Below, piece by piece: positions 8,955 to 19,757 of a DNA stretch of 64,000 bases (position 1 is its first letter; each line of letters opens with the position of its first letter). The stretch is taken from contig MGHG01000009.1 of assembly GCA_001793095.1 (NCBI GenBank), forward strand, positions 221,849-285,848, given 5' to 3'. Under the pieces are notes generated by a model. It ran no database searches and had not been told where the DNA came from. It saw nothing but the letters and a program-made list of their open reading frames with translations. A program made the translations under genes and the position numbers. This DNA is from Candidatus Woesebacteria bacterium RIFCSPLOWO2_01_FULL_39_23. GTDB lineage: Bacteria; Patescibacteriota; Microgenomatia; UBA8517.

Positions 8955-10311
8955 ATATATGATTATCTACCATACCTATGATAATACCTACTAATAGCCA
9001 AAATACGATAACAAATTTCGATGCCTCAAAGACATCAATAAAAAACGCATTGATACCAACTCCAATTAGAGACGCTGACACGCCAGTAATAAAAGCCAGT
9101 TCTAACCTCTGAAAATGTAAAGAAAAAGGGAATTTTAATAATATATCTTTTAATAATCTCACAAATATAAGGAGAAAAGAGGCAAAACCCAATAATCCGA
9201 CTTCTCCCAAAAGCCTAAGATAATCATTATCGGTAGCTAAAGTTATTGATGAAAAACCCGTACCTAAAAAAGGATTTTTAATTAACGCCCTAATTGCTCT
9301 AGGCCACTCTACATTCAATCTAATTGAAGTCGACCGATCTTCAATCGGAGGTTGCGGGGTTGGTGTGGGAGTCGGATGGTCTCGCCTTGGCGACACTAAA
9401 TTCTCTGAGGCAAATACAAGAGGAGCGGTTAACGAATAATTAATCAAATATTTGCCTTTTAAGACATCAAATACTCTCGAATATCGCGCAATCAGATTGG
9501 ATGAATAACCAACAAAAACCAAACTTATTACAAATATCACTAGTATTTCTTTATACTTTTTTAACATTAATAAGCTCAATGTTGTCGCCAGTAAATAAGA
9601 AAAAAGGGAAATTCTTGAGGCTGCATTTACCATAAGCCAAAGCCCCATAAAAATTACACCACCAATGAGCAATTTGTCACGATACTTCTTAAGAATAAAA
9701 AACAGAGCTATTAAAAAAGGTAAAGTCAAAACCAAAAAAGTAGATAAATCGTAATGGCCTGCAAAGGTTGAATTTACGTGACTACCCGGAATATATCTCA
9801 ATGCAACTCCCTTAGAATATTCGGCGTTTTGAGTAATTATTATCGGCCAATAAAAATGTTTTTGACCGAAGCCATATATAAAGCAAAGCACAATAACTAT
9901 TAAAAAGAGCTTTACATAATAGTTCAAATCTCCTTTATTCAGTTTGATTGCTAAAATACCTATGAAAAACGCCGTGAAATATTCTATCCTTCTTATCCAG
10001 TGTAATATACCCAAATGAGGAAGCACGGTTTTAAGTACTATAATTCCAAAGAGAGTAGATACCAATCCAATTATCAAAAACAATAATATCCCAATAACAA
10101 TATCAGACTTGAGTAGGTTTTTCAGTCTTGTTATTGATATGAGCACAAAAAAAGAAAAAGTCAAAGCCAAAAGAAAATCTTCTAACCTTACTGAGACAAA
10201 GGTTCCCGGGACCTCGATTAAAGGAAATTTAGGGTACAGTGGAACAGCAAGAATAATTGCGGAAACTAAATACTTGTATATTATTTTAAGCTTGGACGAA
10301 CGCTCGTGCAT
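8944..10311 (-). CDS. O-antigen ligase/polymerase family (Wzy_C/WaaL-like)
   Basis: Multi-TM; STFAGH, SR, IR...W..A, PFLGTG, DNDYLRLLGEVG. Confidence 0.85.
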   Translation of the reverse strand: MHERSSKLKIIYKYLVSAIILAVPLYPKFPLIEVPGTFVSVRLEDFLLALTFSFFVLISITRLKNLLKSDIVIGILLFLIIGLVSTLFGIIVLKTVLPHLGILHWIRRIEYFTAFFIGILAIKLNKGDLNYYVKLFLIVIVLCFIYGFGQKHFYWPIIITQNAEYSKGVALRYIPGSHVNSTFAGHYDLSTFLVLTLPFLIALFFILKKYRDKLLIGGVIFMGLWLMVNAASRISLFSYLLATTLSLLMLKKYKEILVIFVISLVFVGYSSNLIARYSRVFDVLKGKYLINYSLTAPLVFASENLVSPRRDHPTPTPTPQPPIEDRSTSIRLNVEWPRAIRALIKNPFLGTGFSSITLATDNDYLRLLGEVGLLGFASFLLIFVRLLKDILLKFPFSLHFQRLELAFITGVSASLIGVGINAFFIDVFEASKFVIVFWLLVGIIIGMVDNHIYEE

Positions 10312-11260
10312 ATGTTTTTATCGCACCCTTTCCTTCAATCAGGCCGAATACAATAATACGAAATAGCGCACCAGCTTTTAATATTACTCTCAGAATAGGA
10401 TACTTCCAGACAGAATAGTGTTTTTTATAAAAGAGTTTAATTCCCGCGTATTCGGATAATATCGGATAGGGGGATTTTGAACTCGCTCCTCCTAGATGAG
10501 TTATTTCCCACTGAGGAAGATACCACACCTCCCAGCCGTATTTTTTAATTCTAAAGCATAAATCAGTGTCTTCGGTATACATAAAATAATCTTCGTCAAA
10601 TAGTCCACTCTTATCCAAGGCGGTTTTTCTTAACATCATAAAGGCACCGGTTATCCATTCTACTTCACGCGGTGATTGATAATATATTTCTCCTTTGTAA
10701 AAAGGGGATCTCCTGTGCATTGGATGAAATGGCTTAATAAGTGTGTCAATTAAGGGTATATCGTCCAAAAAAAACATCCAGGCAAATACTCTGAAGAGTG
10801 ACGGAAAGTATCCGCCTGTTCCCTGCAAAGTATTATCACTATTTAATAACGCACAAGTAGCTGCACCGACTTTTAGCCTTTTATCCATCCAACCAGCCAT
10901 GCCGGCTAAAACATTGCTTTTTACAATGGTGTCCGAATTAAGTAAAAGCACATACTTACCATTGGCTCTATTAATGCCTTGATTAGTCGCTCTCCCGAAC
11001 CCGACATTTTTTTTATTAGTTATTATTTTCATCTGTAATGCCGAATCTGCTTGACTTTGTCCTGGATCGTGAGCTTGCCGAATCATTGTTTTTTGGAGCT
11101 TGCGTATTGCAGTTACGCTGCCGTCGGTCGAAGCATTATCTACAACAATTACTTCATAAGTTAAGTTATGCGTATTATTAAAAATAGAATTTAAACACCC
11201 CACAAGAAGTTCTTTAGTATTGTAACTTGTAATAACTATAGAAAGATCAATTTTTCCCAT
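10286..11260 (-). CDS. GT2 glycosyltransferase (WbbL-like) with 17-aa insertion
   Basis: VVDNASTDGS, NVGFG..NQG, LNSD, FDEDYFMYTEDTDLC; longer than paralog 5411-6322 between DGS and N.GF. Confidence 0.92.
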   Translation of the reverse strand: MGKIDLSIVITSYNTKELLVGCLNSIFNNTHNLTYEVIVVDNASTDGSVTAIRKLQKTMIRQAHDPGQSQADSALQMKIITNKKNVGFGRATNQGINRANGKYVLLLNSDTIVKSNVLAGMAGWMDKRLKVGAATCALLNSDNTLQGTGGYFPSLFRVFAWMFFLDDIPLIDTLIKPFHPMHRRSPFYKGEIYYQSPREVEWITGAFMMLRKTALDKSGLFDEDYFMYTEDTDLCFRIKKYGWEVWYLPQWEITHLGGASSKSPYPILSEYAGIKLFYKKHYSVWKYPILRVILKAGALFRIIVFGLIEGKGAIKTYARAFVQA

Positions 11261-11816
11261 ATTTTTGAAAAGAGATTATTGTTTTTATTATTTCTTTAGT
11301 CAATATAAAGATCAGTGCCACAGTCAGGAGACCAAACACTATGCGTACAAAAACACTTGAGCGGATATACCTGACGGTTATTTTCTGACTCCACACGCGC
11401 CCTTCGATAAAAATCGCATCTTTCGAATCTTTCGGCTCAAAACCGTTAATAAAAACGGACTCCCTAAAGGGATGAACTATTTCTTCCAAAAATGTACTTC
11501 TGGTTTGGTCTCTAATAATACTTTGGGCATCTTCAGGAGGGTAATTTAATCTATATGAAAGTAAATTTAAACCAAAATACCCGGGCAGTTTAAATTCACC
11601 AGAATAATAATCCATAACCTCCGAGCGCGTGTAATTCGTAAAATATGCACGGCGCAATGGCGTTTCGCTATCACCCGGTTCTTTCGACTGAAGTGCATCC
11701 GGGGGCGGAGAAGGAAAATCAGGTTGGGGATAAGATAAATAAAGAAGAAAAATAACCGACACCAGGAGATATCCAAAAAATATTATTTTTCTCATGTTCA
11801 TCGCCTTCCATTTCAC
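11247..11816 (-). CDS. Hypothetical protein with N- and C-terminal TM helices
   Basis: Full-length ORF coupled to both neighbours; function not recognised. Confidence 0.75.
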   Translation of the reverse strand: MKWKAMNMRKIIFFGYLLVSVIFLLYLSYPQPDFPSPPPDALQSKEPGDSETPLRRAYFTNYTRSEVMDYYSGEFKLPGYFGLNLLSYRLNYPPEDAQSIIRDQTRSTFLEEIVHPFRESVFINGFEPKDSKDAIFIEGRVWSQKITVRYIRSSVFVRIVFGLLTVALIFILTKEIIKTIISFQKYGKN

Positions 11817-12454
11817 TGAAACAATCTGGCTCTTCCCAACCTATAATTCGGGTTTTTGAGCTTACGTTCACCGATAATTTTTGCCGGAATTCCGCCTACG
11901 ATGCTATATGCGTCAACGTTTTTTGTAACAACTGCTCCTGCAGCAACTATCGCACCCTTTCCTATTTCTACACCGGGTAAAATAATGGCTCTTGGACCAA
12001 CAAAAACATAATCGTTTATCGTAACAGGCGCATCAATTGCTTTAAACTCGGGGTCTTCAACGTCATGCTCTGAATTATAAATCAATACATCAGTCGCTAT
12101 ATCAACGTGGTCTCCAATTACCAATTTATTTCTTCCGTCCAGAAAAGTTCCCCGTCCGATTATTGAATCCATACCAATAGTTATGCCTTTGGGATCGAAA
12201 AATTTACACCCCATATGCAGTACAGAATTTTTGCCTATTTTTGCACCGGAAAAAATGAACACAATTCTTCTTAATACATGAAAAGGAACATGAAAACTAA
12301 TTACGTGTATTACATACAGTTTTATATCTAGCGCCCAATTACTAATACGGGATTTAATTTTCTTTGATGCCTTCCGAGCAGTTAAAACATTCCCATTTTT
12401 ATCAGTTAAACTCAATTTACCTTTACTAAATCTGATGTTTTCAGAATAAATCAT
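11813..12454 (-). CDS. Hexapeptide-repeat O-acetyltransferase (WcaF/MAT-like)
   Basis: [46 protein letters not shown]. Confidence 0.92.
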   Translation of the reverse strand: MIYSENIRFSKGKLSLTDKNGNVLTARKASKKIKSRISNWALDIKLYVIHVISFHVPFHVLRRIVFIFSGAKIGKNSVLHMGCKFFDPKGITIGMDSIIGRGTFLDGRNKLVIGDHVDIATDVLIYNSEHDVEDPEFKAIDAPVTINDYVFVGPRAIILPGVEIGKGAIVAAGAVVTKNVDAYSIVGGIPAKIIGERKLKNPNYRLGRARLFQ

Positions 12455-12459
12455 ACGTA

Positions 12460-13617
12460 CTAAGAAATTGCTTTTGTTAATACCGATAAAGTTTTTCTAG
12501 CAGCTTCCTCCCATGAGAATTTATTTGATTGTAATAGCAGTTTCTTCTTAAGTATATTATATTCTCTATCATGCAGCGATAAAACCTTTCTAATTCCACC
12601 GGCAATACCCTCAGGATCGTAAGGATCAACATAAATACCGGCGTTGCCGGCTACCTCGGGTAAGCTGCCCATTTTACTAATAACAACCGGAATTCCGCAC
12701 GCCATGGCCTCTAACACATGCATGCCAAAACCTTCCCAAAAGGAAGGGGAGATTAATAGTTCTGATCCTGAAATTAGTAATGCTTTATCCGATTCTTTTA
12801 TAAAATCAGTAAAGATAATATCCGCTTCCAAATTCAGCTGAGCGACTTCTTGAAAAATAGAATCATATAACCATCCTTTTTTACCGGCGATAACTAATAA
12901 AGGTAGGTTGTGATCACTAAATTGCTCCTTTAAAATTTTATAAGCCCGAATAATACCCATAAGATTCTTGCTTGGTTTTAATGTACTTAAGAAAATAATA
13001 TAGGATCTATCGATTTTATATCTTTTAAGAATGTGTCGCACATCATTATTCGGTATATCTAAGTTAAAACGTGACTTATCATAACCATGATGCACAACTA
13101 CAGTCTTATTAATGGCAAAAGGATAATGTCGTACAATATCTTTCTTCGTAGAATTAGAAACAGCTATTATATATTTTGATACATTTATTGAAATGGCACT
13201 CCACAACTTTAACTGCCAAAAGTCTCGTTTTTTGAATTGTTCCGAAAATTTGAGATAACCTAGATCATGAATTACACATACCATCGGTACGAGAGAAAAT
13301 GGCGGTAAATAATGGTTTGGAGAGAAAAATACGTCAGGTTTACGACTCTTTATCAGTTCCGGCATTAATTTTTTTACAATCCATAACCCTTCACCCTTCA
13401 AAATTCTATATTTCCACCCAGGAATCTCCTCGGGAAGGTCGTCTAATGGTATATTTTTTAAGAAAACTTCAAATTCATATGCATCTTTCCATTCATTTCT
13501 TAACTTATATATACCCCATAATATTTCATAAGCATATTGGTGTACACCAACACGCATACTTATATTCGCTTCATTACCATCAATACCAATTAATCGCCTA
13601 AAATTTAGATTCTTCAT
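12460..13617 (-). CDS. GT4 glycosyltransferase
   Basis: [35 protein letters not shown]; start taken at the second ATG. Confidence 0.92.
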   Translation of the reverse strand: MKNLNFRRLIGIDGNEANISMRVGVHQYAYEILWGIYKLRNEWKDAYEFEVFLKNIPLDDLPEEIPGWKYRILKGEGLWIVKKLMPELIKSRKPDVFFSPNHYLPPFSLVPMVCVIHDLGYLKFSEQFKKRDFWQLKLWSAISINVSKYIIAVSNSTKKDIVRHYPFAINKTVVVHHGYDKSRFNLDIPNNDVRHILKRYKIDRSYIIFLSTLKPSKNLMGIIRAYKILKEQFSDHNLPLLVIAGKKGWLYDSIFQEVAQLNLEADIIFTDFIKESDKALLISGSELLISPSFWEGFGMHVLEAMACGIPVVISKMGSLPEVAGNAGIYVDPYDPEGIAGGIRKVLSLHDREYNILKKKLLLQSNKFSWEEAARKTLSVLTKAIS

Positions 13618-14689
13618 ATACTTCAAGAGTCATGTGAGCAGTTTTATCCCAGGAATATTTTCTTGAAACATCTCTTCCCCTTTTTATCAGTTCTTTTTTA
13701 TTACTTATCGCGTTTAGGATCCCTTTCGTAATTGAGTCAACACTATAAGGATCTACCAGCTCGGAGGCGTCACCCGCAACCTCTTTCATACTACCAATAT
13801 TCGAGGTAACAACAGGTGTTCTTGAAGCATACGCTTCTAATATTGGCAATCCGAAACCCTCGTACAAAGACGGATAAACGAGGAGGGTCGATCCTGAGAA
13901 GAGTGCCGGTAAATCGTGTGTTGGTACACGACCTAAAAATATCACACCACGACCAGCTTCGAAACTACTTGATTTCTCACCAACAACAACTAGTTTTATA
14001 TCCATATCAGGCTTGATTCGTTCATATGCAGCTATAATCCTGCTTAAATTTTTTCTTGGTGCCGTACCAATTGTCAGCATATATTTACCAAGTATCTTGT
14101 ATTTCCTTTTTACAGGCTCAATAACTTCCGGTTTTAGAGATTTAAAAATTGAATTTGGAGCCTCCGGTATTAGTCTTATTGTTTTTTCATTAAAACCTAT
14201 TTGTACTAAATCATTTACGGTTGTCACGGAGGGAACAATGATCCGATCAATTTCTTTTGCTACTATACTGAGTCTTCTTTTATGTACAGCAACAAGTTTC
14301 GGATCAGATATTTTGGGATATAAAATTGGCACCAAATCATGAATCGTGGTAATTTTAAATGCTTTGCTCGGAGGTTGCGACCAATCTGATGAATGAAATA
14401 CATCCACCCGACCAATTAAATTTTCGATCGGAAGAATATGTAGGTTATTCCAAACAAAATCTGCCAGATTTGGAGGAAAAGGATAAATTTTCACCAAACT
14501 CCGATTTTCATAATTTTCACAGATATTACTTGCCTCCTTTTTCAACTCGTTAAATCTTCTTAATGACCCACCAAAAATTACATATCTGTTGTCATTATCT
14601 AACTCAATTAACTTCGAAACCAAGTTCTTAGTGTAATAAGAAACACCCGTTCCGTAAACAATTTGCGAAATATCAATTGCTATTTTCAT
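13598..14689 (-). CDS. GT4 glycosyltransferase
   Basis: TGVSYY, TIHDL, PRKN, YPSLYEGFGLPILEA. Confidence 0.93.
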   Translation of the reverse strand: MKIAIDISQIVYGTGVSYYTKNLVSKLIELDNDNRYVIFGGSLRRFNELKKEASNICENYENRSLVKIYPFPPNLADFVWNNLHILPIENLIGRVDVFHSSDWSQPPSKAFKITTIHDLVPILYPKISDPKLVAVHKRRLSIVAKEIDRIIVPSVTTVNDLVQIGFNEKTIRLIPEAPNSIFKSLKPEVIEPVKRKYKILGKYMLTIGTAPRKNLSRIIAAYERIKPDMDIKLVVVGEKSSSFEAGRGVIFLGRVPTHDLPALFSGSTLLVYPSLYEGFGLPILEAYASRTPVVTSNIGSMKEVAGDASELVDPYSVDSITKGILNAISNKKELIKRGRDVSRKYSWDKTAHMTLEVYEESKF

Positions 14690-16143
14690 TATTCTTTAAC
14701 CCAATATTCTATCTCACCCACGCCGTTAAAAACAAAGATGCTATCTTTCTTGTAGTTATTAACTGCTATGACATCTCGTACAATGCCCCTCGGGTCAATT
14801 AAGTCTTGCAGATAGTTAAAATAGTAAACACCGTTTCTGTTTTTTATCAACAACTCAGTTTTAAATCTTGTCTCCTCATCATTTATACTAACAGAATTTG
14901 TAGCACCCCCTGAGTTAATAGCGGCATTTTTATACCAAGTGAAAGGTGCAAAAGATTCAGGGTTCGAAAACAACACAATTTCATCATTCTTAACCGTATG
15001 ATTAAGATAAGCTAGGGTGTTTTTCCAGTCTTCTCTCTTTTGCTTGTTATCGGAATAATACACAACTAAACTAAATGCATTAACAATTACAAAAATTGCA
15101 ATTAATAAATTTCTGACTTTCAAGTTAATCAGACTAGAGGTGCCCCATGCAATTAATAAATAGAAAGCCGGTACTATAAACATAAACCTAAAATATATAA
15201 ATGCTGGAATAAAAAAGGAAAAAACAAATGTCAACGTCAACGGCACAAAAAACCAAAGGTGGATTAAGAAAAACGAACCCGCTCTCCTTAAAGAGTTAAT
15301 TAAAGCACATCCAAAAGGAACAGAGGATACCAATATGAGCGTGTAATAAAATATTTTGTTATAAAAAGAGATTCTTCCAAGTGTAAACTTTGTCCAAACT
15401 AAAAGAAGTTGTTTAAAAGTCGAACCACCCGCCAGCTCTCTCCAAGCAGGTAAATTTTCCAAAACCCATTTCCCACCTGCAAGTTGGGCTCTAAAAATAG
15501 GCAACCACAATAATCCTACCACCACCAGGGGAATGTGAGAAATGAGTAATCCAATCCACCAACTCTTATCTTTTTTCGTTACTAAGCCGTAAAGCCAAAA
15601 AACAGGGATAATAAAAACAGGTACGTAATCACTAAAGACTAACATGAGAAGCGATAAGCTAAAAAATATCCAATATTTTAAGTTATCCTTGACTTGACCG
15701 ATAACTAACAGGAAATAAATGGTTGTTGCAGCAAAAAAAGAAGTTTGCGAGTACATTCTTGCTTCTTGTGAATAATAAATATGAAACTGGGACGTTGCAA
15801 TTAAAAAAGCCGAAAATATCGGAAAAATACTTTTGCTATGCTTAATAAACTTCCCGGCAATCAAATAAGTTATATAAACAGTAAGTACGCCGAATATTAT
15901 AGAAGGCAGTCGAATTGAAAGTTCTGAATACCCAAACAAGCCGGTCCACAGCTTCAATATTAGGTAGTACAAAGGGGGATGATTATCGTGTAGAGGAAAA
16001 TGCAACAACACCCGGTTTATGGTTTCGTTTTTTACAAGATTAGCACCAATCGCTTCATCAAGCCAAAGAGATTGGTTTACCGAAATCAACCTCAGAACGA
16101 AAGCTACAAGCAAAAGTAGCGCAAGTTTTAAACTGATTTTCAC
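14689..16143 (-). CDS. GT-C fold (GT39/PMT_2-like) glycosyltransferase
   Basis: SLWLDEA, HPPLYY, IRLPS, YSQEARMY, REDWK. Confidence 0.88.
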   Translation of the reverse strand: MKISLKLALLLLVAFVLRLISVNQSLWLDEAIGANLVKNETINRVLLHFPLHDNHPPLYYLILKLWTGLFGYSELSIRLPSIIFGVLTVYITYLIAGKFIKHSKSIFPIFSAFLIATSQFHIYYSQEARMYSQTSFFAATTIYFLLVIGQVKDNLKYWIFFSLSLLMLVFSDYVPVFIIPVFWLYGLVTKKDKSWWIGLLISHIPLVVVGLLWLPIFRAQLAGGKWVLENLPAWRELAGGSTFKQLLLVWTKFTLGRISFYNKIFYYTLILVSSVPFGCALINSLRRAGSFFLIHLWFFVPLTLTFVFSFFIPAFIYFRFMFIVPAFYLLIAWGTSSLINLKVRNLLIAIFVIVNAFSLVVYYSDNKQKREDWKNTLAYLNHTVKNDEIVLFSNPESFAPFTWYKNAAINSGGATNSVSINDEETRFKTELLIKNRNGVYYFNYLQDLIDPRGIVRDVIAVNNYKKDSIFVFNGVGEIEYWVKE

Positions 16144-16149
16144 TACCTA

Positions 16150-16155
16150 ATTATA
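16150..16155 (-). promoter_or_regulatory. Putative -10 box 6 nt before GTG
   Basis: TATAAT-taggta-GTG(16143). Confidence 0.6.
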
Positions 16156-16172
16156 CTTGGAAATAATCAAAG

Positions 16173-17675
16173 TTAGAAACTGAAATTGTAATATTTAAGT
16201 TGACCGAGCTGTACTTGATTCAACCGTCGAACCTTTTGAGGTAATACATAAAGCTTGGTCGGATAACCGTCCTTCTTCAACCTGAAGTAACCCGTCGTTA
16301 GTTCGTTAGCCGACTTCCCCATACAATCGCAGTAAAAAAATGTCGGAGGAGTTTCTTTAATATGAGCCGTCACGGCTTCGGCAATTAAAGGGGTTTTCAT
16401 CATCCAATCATAATAAAATAAATAATCCATTGCATGCTCAACGTCTCCCTGCCAATAAATTAAAAATTCATCGGGCACAACAAACAAAGTATCATTATTA
16501 TCTCTCATAATCCGAACTGCTTCACCGTAGTCGAATTGTCTCGAATAGTTGATATAGTAACGCTCGTTCTTATTTATGTTTTGGGTTAAAGTAGCGCTCG
16601 ATAAAGGTAAAGCAACAAATATGGCAAAAAGCGGTAAAAGTGAGGAGTAAGAATTAAGAAGCTTCGTGCACACTATAATAATTGAAAAAATTAATAAACC
16701 GTACCAAGGCAGTAAATGAAAACCCCGATAATATTCTCCTCCGAAAGGAACAAACCTCAACGCCGCCAAAACAAGGAGAACGTAAACTATTAGAAAATCA
16801 ATTTTCTTACGTAATTTAATTAAAAGAAACGATCCAACTACTAAAATAAAAGATAATATCCTAAGTATCATCAAAAATTGGGTTGCGGCTATCCGTGGAT
16901 CAAATAGTAATATCGGGTAGAAAAAGGATTTAAACAACGCAAAATTTCCTGTCGTAGGAATATAATATTGAACATTAATATAAAACACCTGAAAAAAATA
17001 TTCAGACAAAGAAATAAAAGGCAATTGAAGCAAATAAGGTAATACTCCCGCAACTATATATTTTAAGTTTCTTTTCACTACACCCTGCGGGATCTTAAAT
17101 ACTATGCCCACATACAAAAATAGTGACAGTGGCCAAATAAATAGTAGGTTGGATAATAACATTCCTAGAACTAATGACGTTAAAAATAGCGTCTTAGGAT
17201 TAATACTTTTGTTGTAAAAGAAAACGAACGACAAATAAGCCAAGGGATAAACTGATAGAGATTCAGCTAGGAACAGGTCACCGAAAATATATATTTTTGA
17301 CAGTTCGTACAAAATAACAAAACTCAAACCCGCTGAACCATAACCCAAAGTTAGGAACATGCCCCAAATAAATGACCAAAGAATCATTGCCTGTCTATGC
17401 CTGGAAATTAAAGTAAAAATACTTCCCGGATGTGTTAATTTTTGTATTAAAGCGCTGGAGATATAGGCTAATGGTTGGTGTTGGGAAAATAGATCTGAAT
17501 ACAGTTTCTCCCCCTTTAAAATATAGCTTCCCAGGACAATGTTTTCTTCCTCATCTACAAAATGAATATTTAGGGCATGACGGTTATAAAAATACGACGT
17601 AAGTATCAGAAAAATTACGCCAAATACAATTAAAAAACCACGATTATTCACTCTTGTGGATATATTACGAAGCAT
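16173..17675 (-). CDS. GT-C fold-like membrane glycosyltransferase
   Basis: VDEEEN after first TM, G.KLYSDLFSQHQPL.Y, polytopic, soluble C-terminus. Confidence 0.7.
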   Translation of the reverse strand: MLRNISTRVNNRGFLIVFGVIFLILTSYFYNRHALNIHFVDEEENIVLGSYILKGEKLYSDLFSQHQPLAYISSALIQKLTHPGSIFTLISRHRQAMILWSFIWGMFLTLGYGSAGLSFVILYELSKIYIFGDLFLAESLSVYPLAYLSFVFFYNKSINPKTLFLTSLVLGMLLSNLLFIWPLSLFLYVGIVFKIPQGVVKRNLKYIVAGVLPYLLQLPFISLSEYFFQVFYINVQYYIPTTGNFALFKSFFYPILLFDPRIAATQFLMILRILSFILVVGSFLLIKLRKKIDFLIVYVLLVLAALRFVPFGGEYYRGFHLLPWYGLLIFSIIIVCTKLLNSYSSLLPLFAIFVALPLSSATLTQNINKNERYYINYSRQFDYGEAVRIMRDNNDTLFVVPDEFLIYWQGDVEHAMDYLFYYDWMMKTPLIAEAVTAHIKETPPTFFYCDCMGKSANELTTGYFRLKKDGYPTKLYVLPQKVRRLNQVQLGQLKYYNFSF

Positions 17676-17676
17676 A

Positions 17677-18513
17677 TTATTTGTAAACTTTACCCGTCAA
17701 CAGATTTTCTAAAATACCGAGGAAAATTCCGGAGTCATAAATGACCTTAAAAACAAGAAATCCGGGCGTTCGATTACTTATTGATTTATCGATTCCAATA
17801 ATTATAGAAACTGGCAGGCTCGATCTAAATAAAGCAATAATCTTCCCGATAATATCGAATTTATATTCTCTTTTTGCTACCCATTTGGCTTGATGAAAAA
17901 CGTCAAATAAATTACTTGGGTTTTTGTGATAAAAAATAGCGCCAGGTGCTGACTCGGCCATATAACCAAGCTTCGCATAAAGAGTATAATCATCTGTGTA
18001 ACCACCTTTATTAAAACCACCAACCTTATTAAACTCACTTTTTAATATTGCTCTAAATACTTTTTGTTTATCCGGATAATTTTTCGGGTGTCTTTTTTTA
18101 TGTTCCCAACCCTCGTTAAAATTCCAGCACTTCGCCCAGACATTATCCCAGTTACTTACATATTCTTCCTTACTGAATACCCCTTTATACTTCCCTTCTA
18201 TAATTGGTTTTACAAGAAATCTTAAAAAATCTTTACCAAAAATCATATCGGCATCCACAAAAACCAGAATTTGTCCTTTAGCTTGTTTTGCTCCTAAATT
18301 TCTTGCAACACCAGGCCCCTGATGTTTTTGACGTGTAACATGTAACTTATAACTTACTTGTAATTTTGTTATAACAGTCAAGGTATCATCAGTTGATCCA
18401 TCGTCCACGACAATTACCTCGAAATCTTTTATCGATTGTTTAGCTAATGAAAGTAGACACTCACCGATAACTTGTGCTTCGTTATATGTCGGTATAATTA
18501 CTGATATTTTCAT
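17677..18513 (-). CDS. GT2 glycosyltransferase
   Basis: SVIIPTYNE, VVDDGSTD, ARNLGA, FVDAD. Confidence 0.93.
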   Translation of the reverse strand: MKISVIIPTYNEAQVIGECLLSLAKQSIKDFEVIVVDDGSTDDTLTVITKLQVSYKLHVTRQKHQGPGVARNLGAKQAKGQILVFVDADMIFGKDFLRFLVKPIIEGKYKGVFSKEEYVSNWDNVWAKCWNFNEGWEHKKRHPKNYPDKQKVFRAILKSEFNKVGGFNKGGYTDDYTLYAKLGYMAESAPGAIFYHKNPSNLFDVFHQAKWVAKREYKFDIIGKIIALFRSSLPVSIIIGIDKSISNRTPGFLVFKVIYDSGIFLGILENLLTGKVYK

Positions 18514-19757
18514 ATCTGCTTACTAAGCTTGTATAATGCATATTCTCTGCCGATAGCCGTCAAAATACTCTCGTTATATGGCAAGAAACTCGATAGTTCC
18601 CAAACGCCAGGGTTATCAAAATCATAGCTCTTTTTTGACAACACATAAACGCTCTTAGCTCCGGAATAATCAGTCACTCCCTTGGGCGTGAGATTATAAC
18701 TGAACTCCAGTGGATATCTTAATACGTGCCCCCGCGTATCGAAATCAGCAAGTACTACCACATTGAAATTGTCAGGGTTATCTTTCGCTATCATATCAGC
18801 TGCTTTGTAAATTCCCTTCACCGACAAATCTCCCGGCATACCCATTGGTGCTTTAAAGTCAATCCACGGTGAACGGATGTTCAGGTATATAAATATAATT
18901 AAAAGAATATACGCACTACCCTTACGAGATAAGTAAATTTTATGTAACACATACCCCAAAAACAAGGCAGTAATCGGTGCAAACTGTAAGAAATGATAAT
19001 AACTGATTGAACTAGTCCTTGATCCGTGAATTACGTCGGATAAATAAACTATCAAAGTTTTCGATAGATAAAAATTATGTCGCATATCAAAAATTATTGC
19101 CGGCATATTGGGTAGAGTTATTCCTACCAAAAAAAGCATTAGTGTAGCTACTTTCTTTTTGGTTAACTTTAAAGCAATGAATAGTACCAAAAGAAGTGTA
19201 AATAAATAATAATATTCGATCGATAATGCCGTCCCTGAAAGCAAACCTAAAAACAATGCATAGATTGGTTTTTTTCTCTTCGTTAATTTATAAAGAGTAT
19301 AAAAAGTTAACAATCCAAGTAAAATAATGTAATTCTGGTTCCAAATAAATAGCGAGTGATAAATCATCATGCCGCTGAAGAGGAAAATACTTACCGAAAA
19401 AATAGCAGTTCCCGGATTGCTAATTTCTAGCGCAAATTTGTATAAAAGTACCCCGATAAAAATATTAAGAAGACTGAAATAAGCGGTAATTAATATCGGA
19501 TTATAGCTAAAAAGAAGCTGAATAGGCATTAAGCTGTAAGTGAAAAGTGCCCCTGAATAAATTCTATGTCCCAAGGAATTAACTCTTTGGACATTCTCTT
19601 CTCCCAACAAAGAGAACTTTTCTTTAATCATTTTCCCTGAAGTTATTAAGCTAATCGCCTGTTCCGGTCCGAAAGTAATTCTGTCAGAAAAATTATAAAA
19701 TCTTATAAATATTGCAAGTACAAAAACAAGTACAACAAAAAGTTTCCTGTAATTCAT
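18510..19757 (-). CDS. GT-C fold (ArnT-like) membrane protein
   Basis: IRFY.....F.PEQA first loop, YS..IWN, polytopic, soluble C-terminus. Confidence 0.7.
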   Translation of the reverse strand: MNYRKLFVVLVFVLAIFIRFYNFSDRITFGPEQAISLITSGKMIKEKFSLLGEENVQRVNSLGHRIYSGALFTYSLMPIQLLFSYNPILITAYFSLLNIFIGVLLYKFALEISNPGTAIFSVSIFLFSGMMIYHSLFIWNQNYIILLGLLTFYTLYKLTKRKKPIYALFLGLLSGTALSIEYYYLFTLLLVLFIALKLTKKKVATLMLFLVGITLPNMPAIIFDMRHNFYLSKTLIVYLSDVIHGSRTSSISYYHFLQFAPITALFLGYVLHKIYLSRKGSAYILLIIFIYLNIRSPWIDFKAPMGMPGDLSVKGIYKAADMIAKDNPDNFNVVVLADFDTRGHVLRYPLEFSYNLTPKGVTDYSGAKSVYVLSKKSYDFDNPGVWELSSFLPYNESILTAIGREYALYKLSKQI

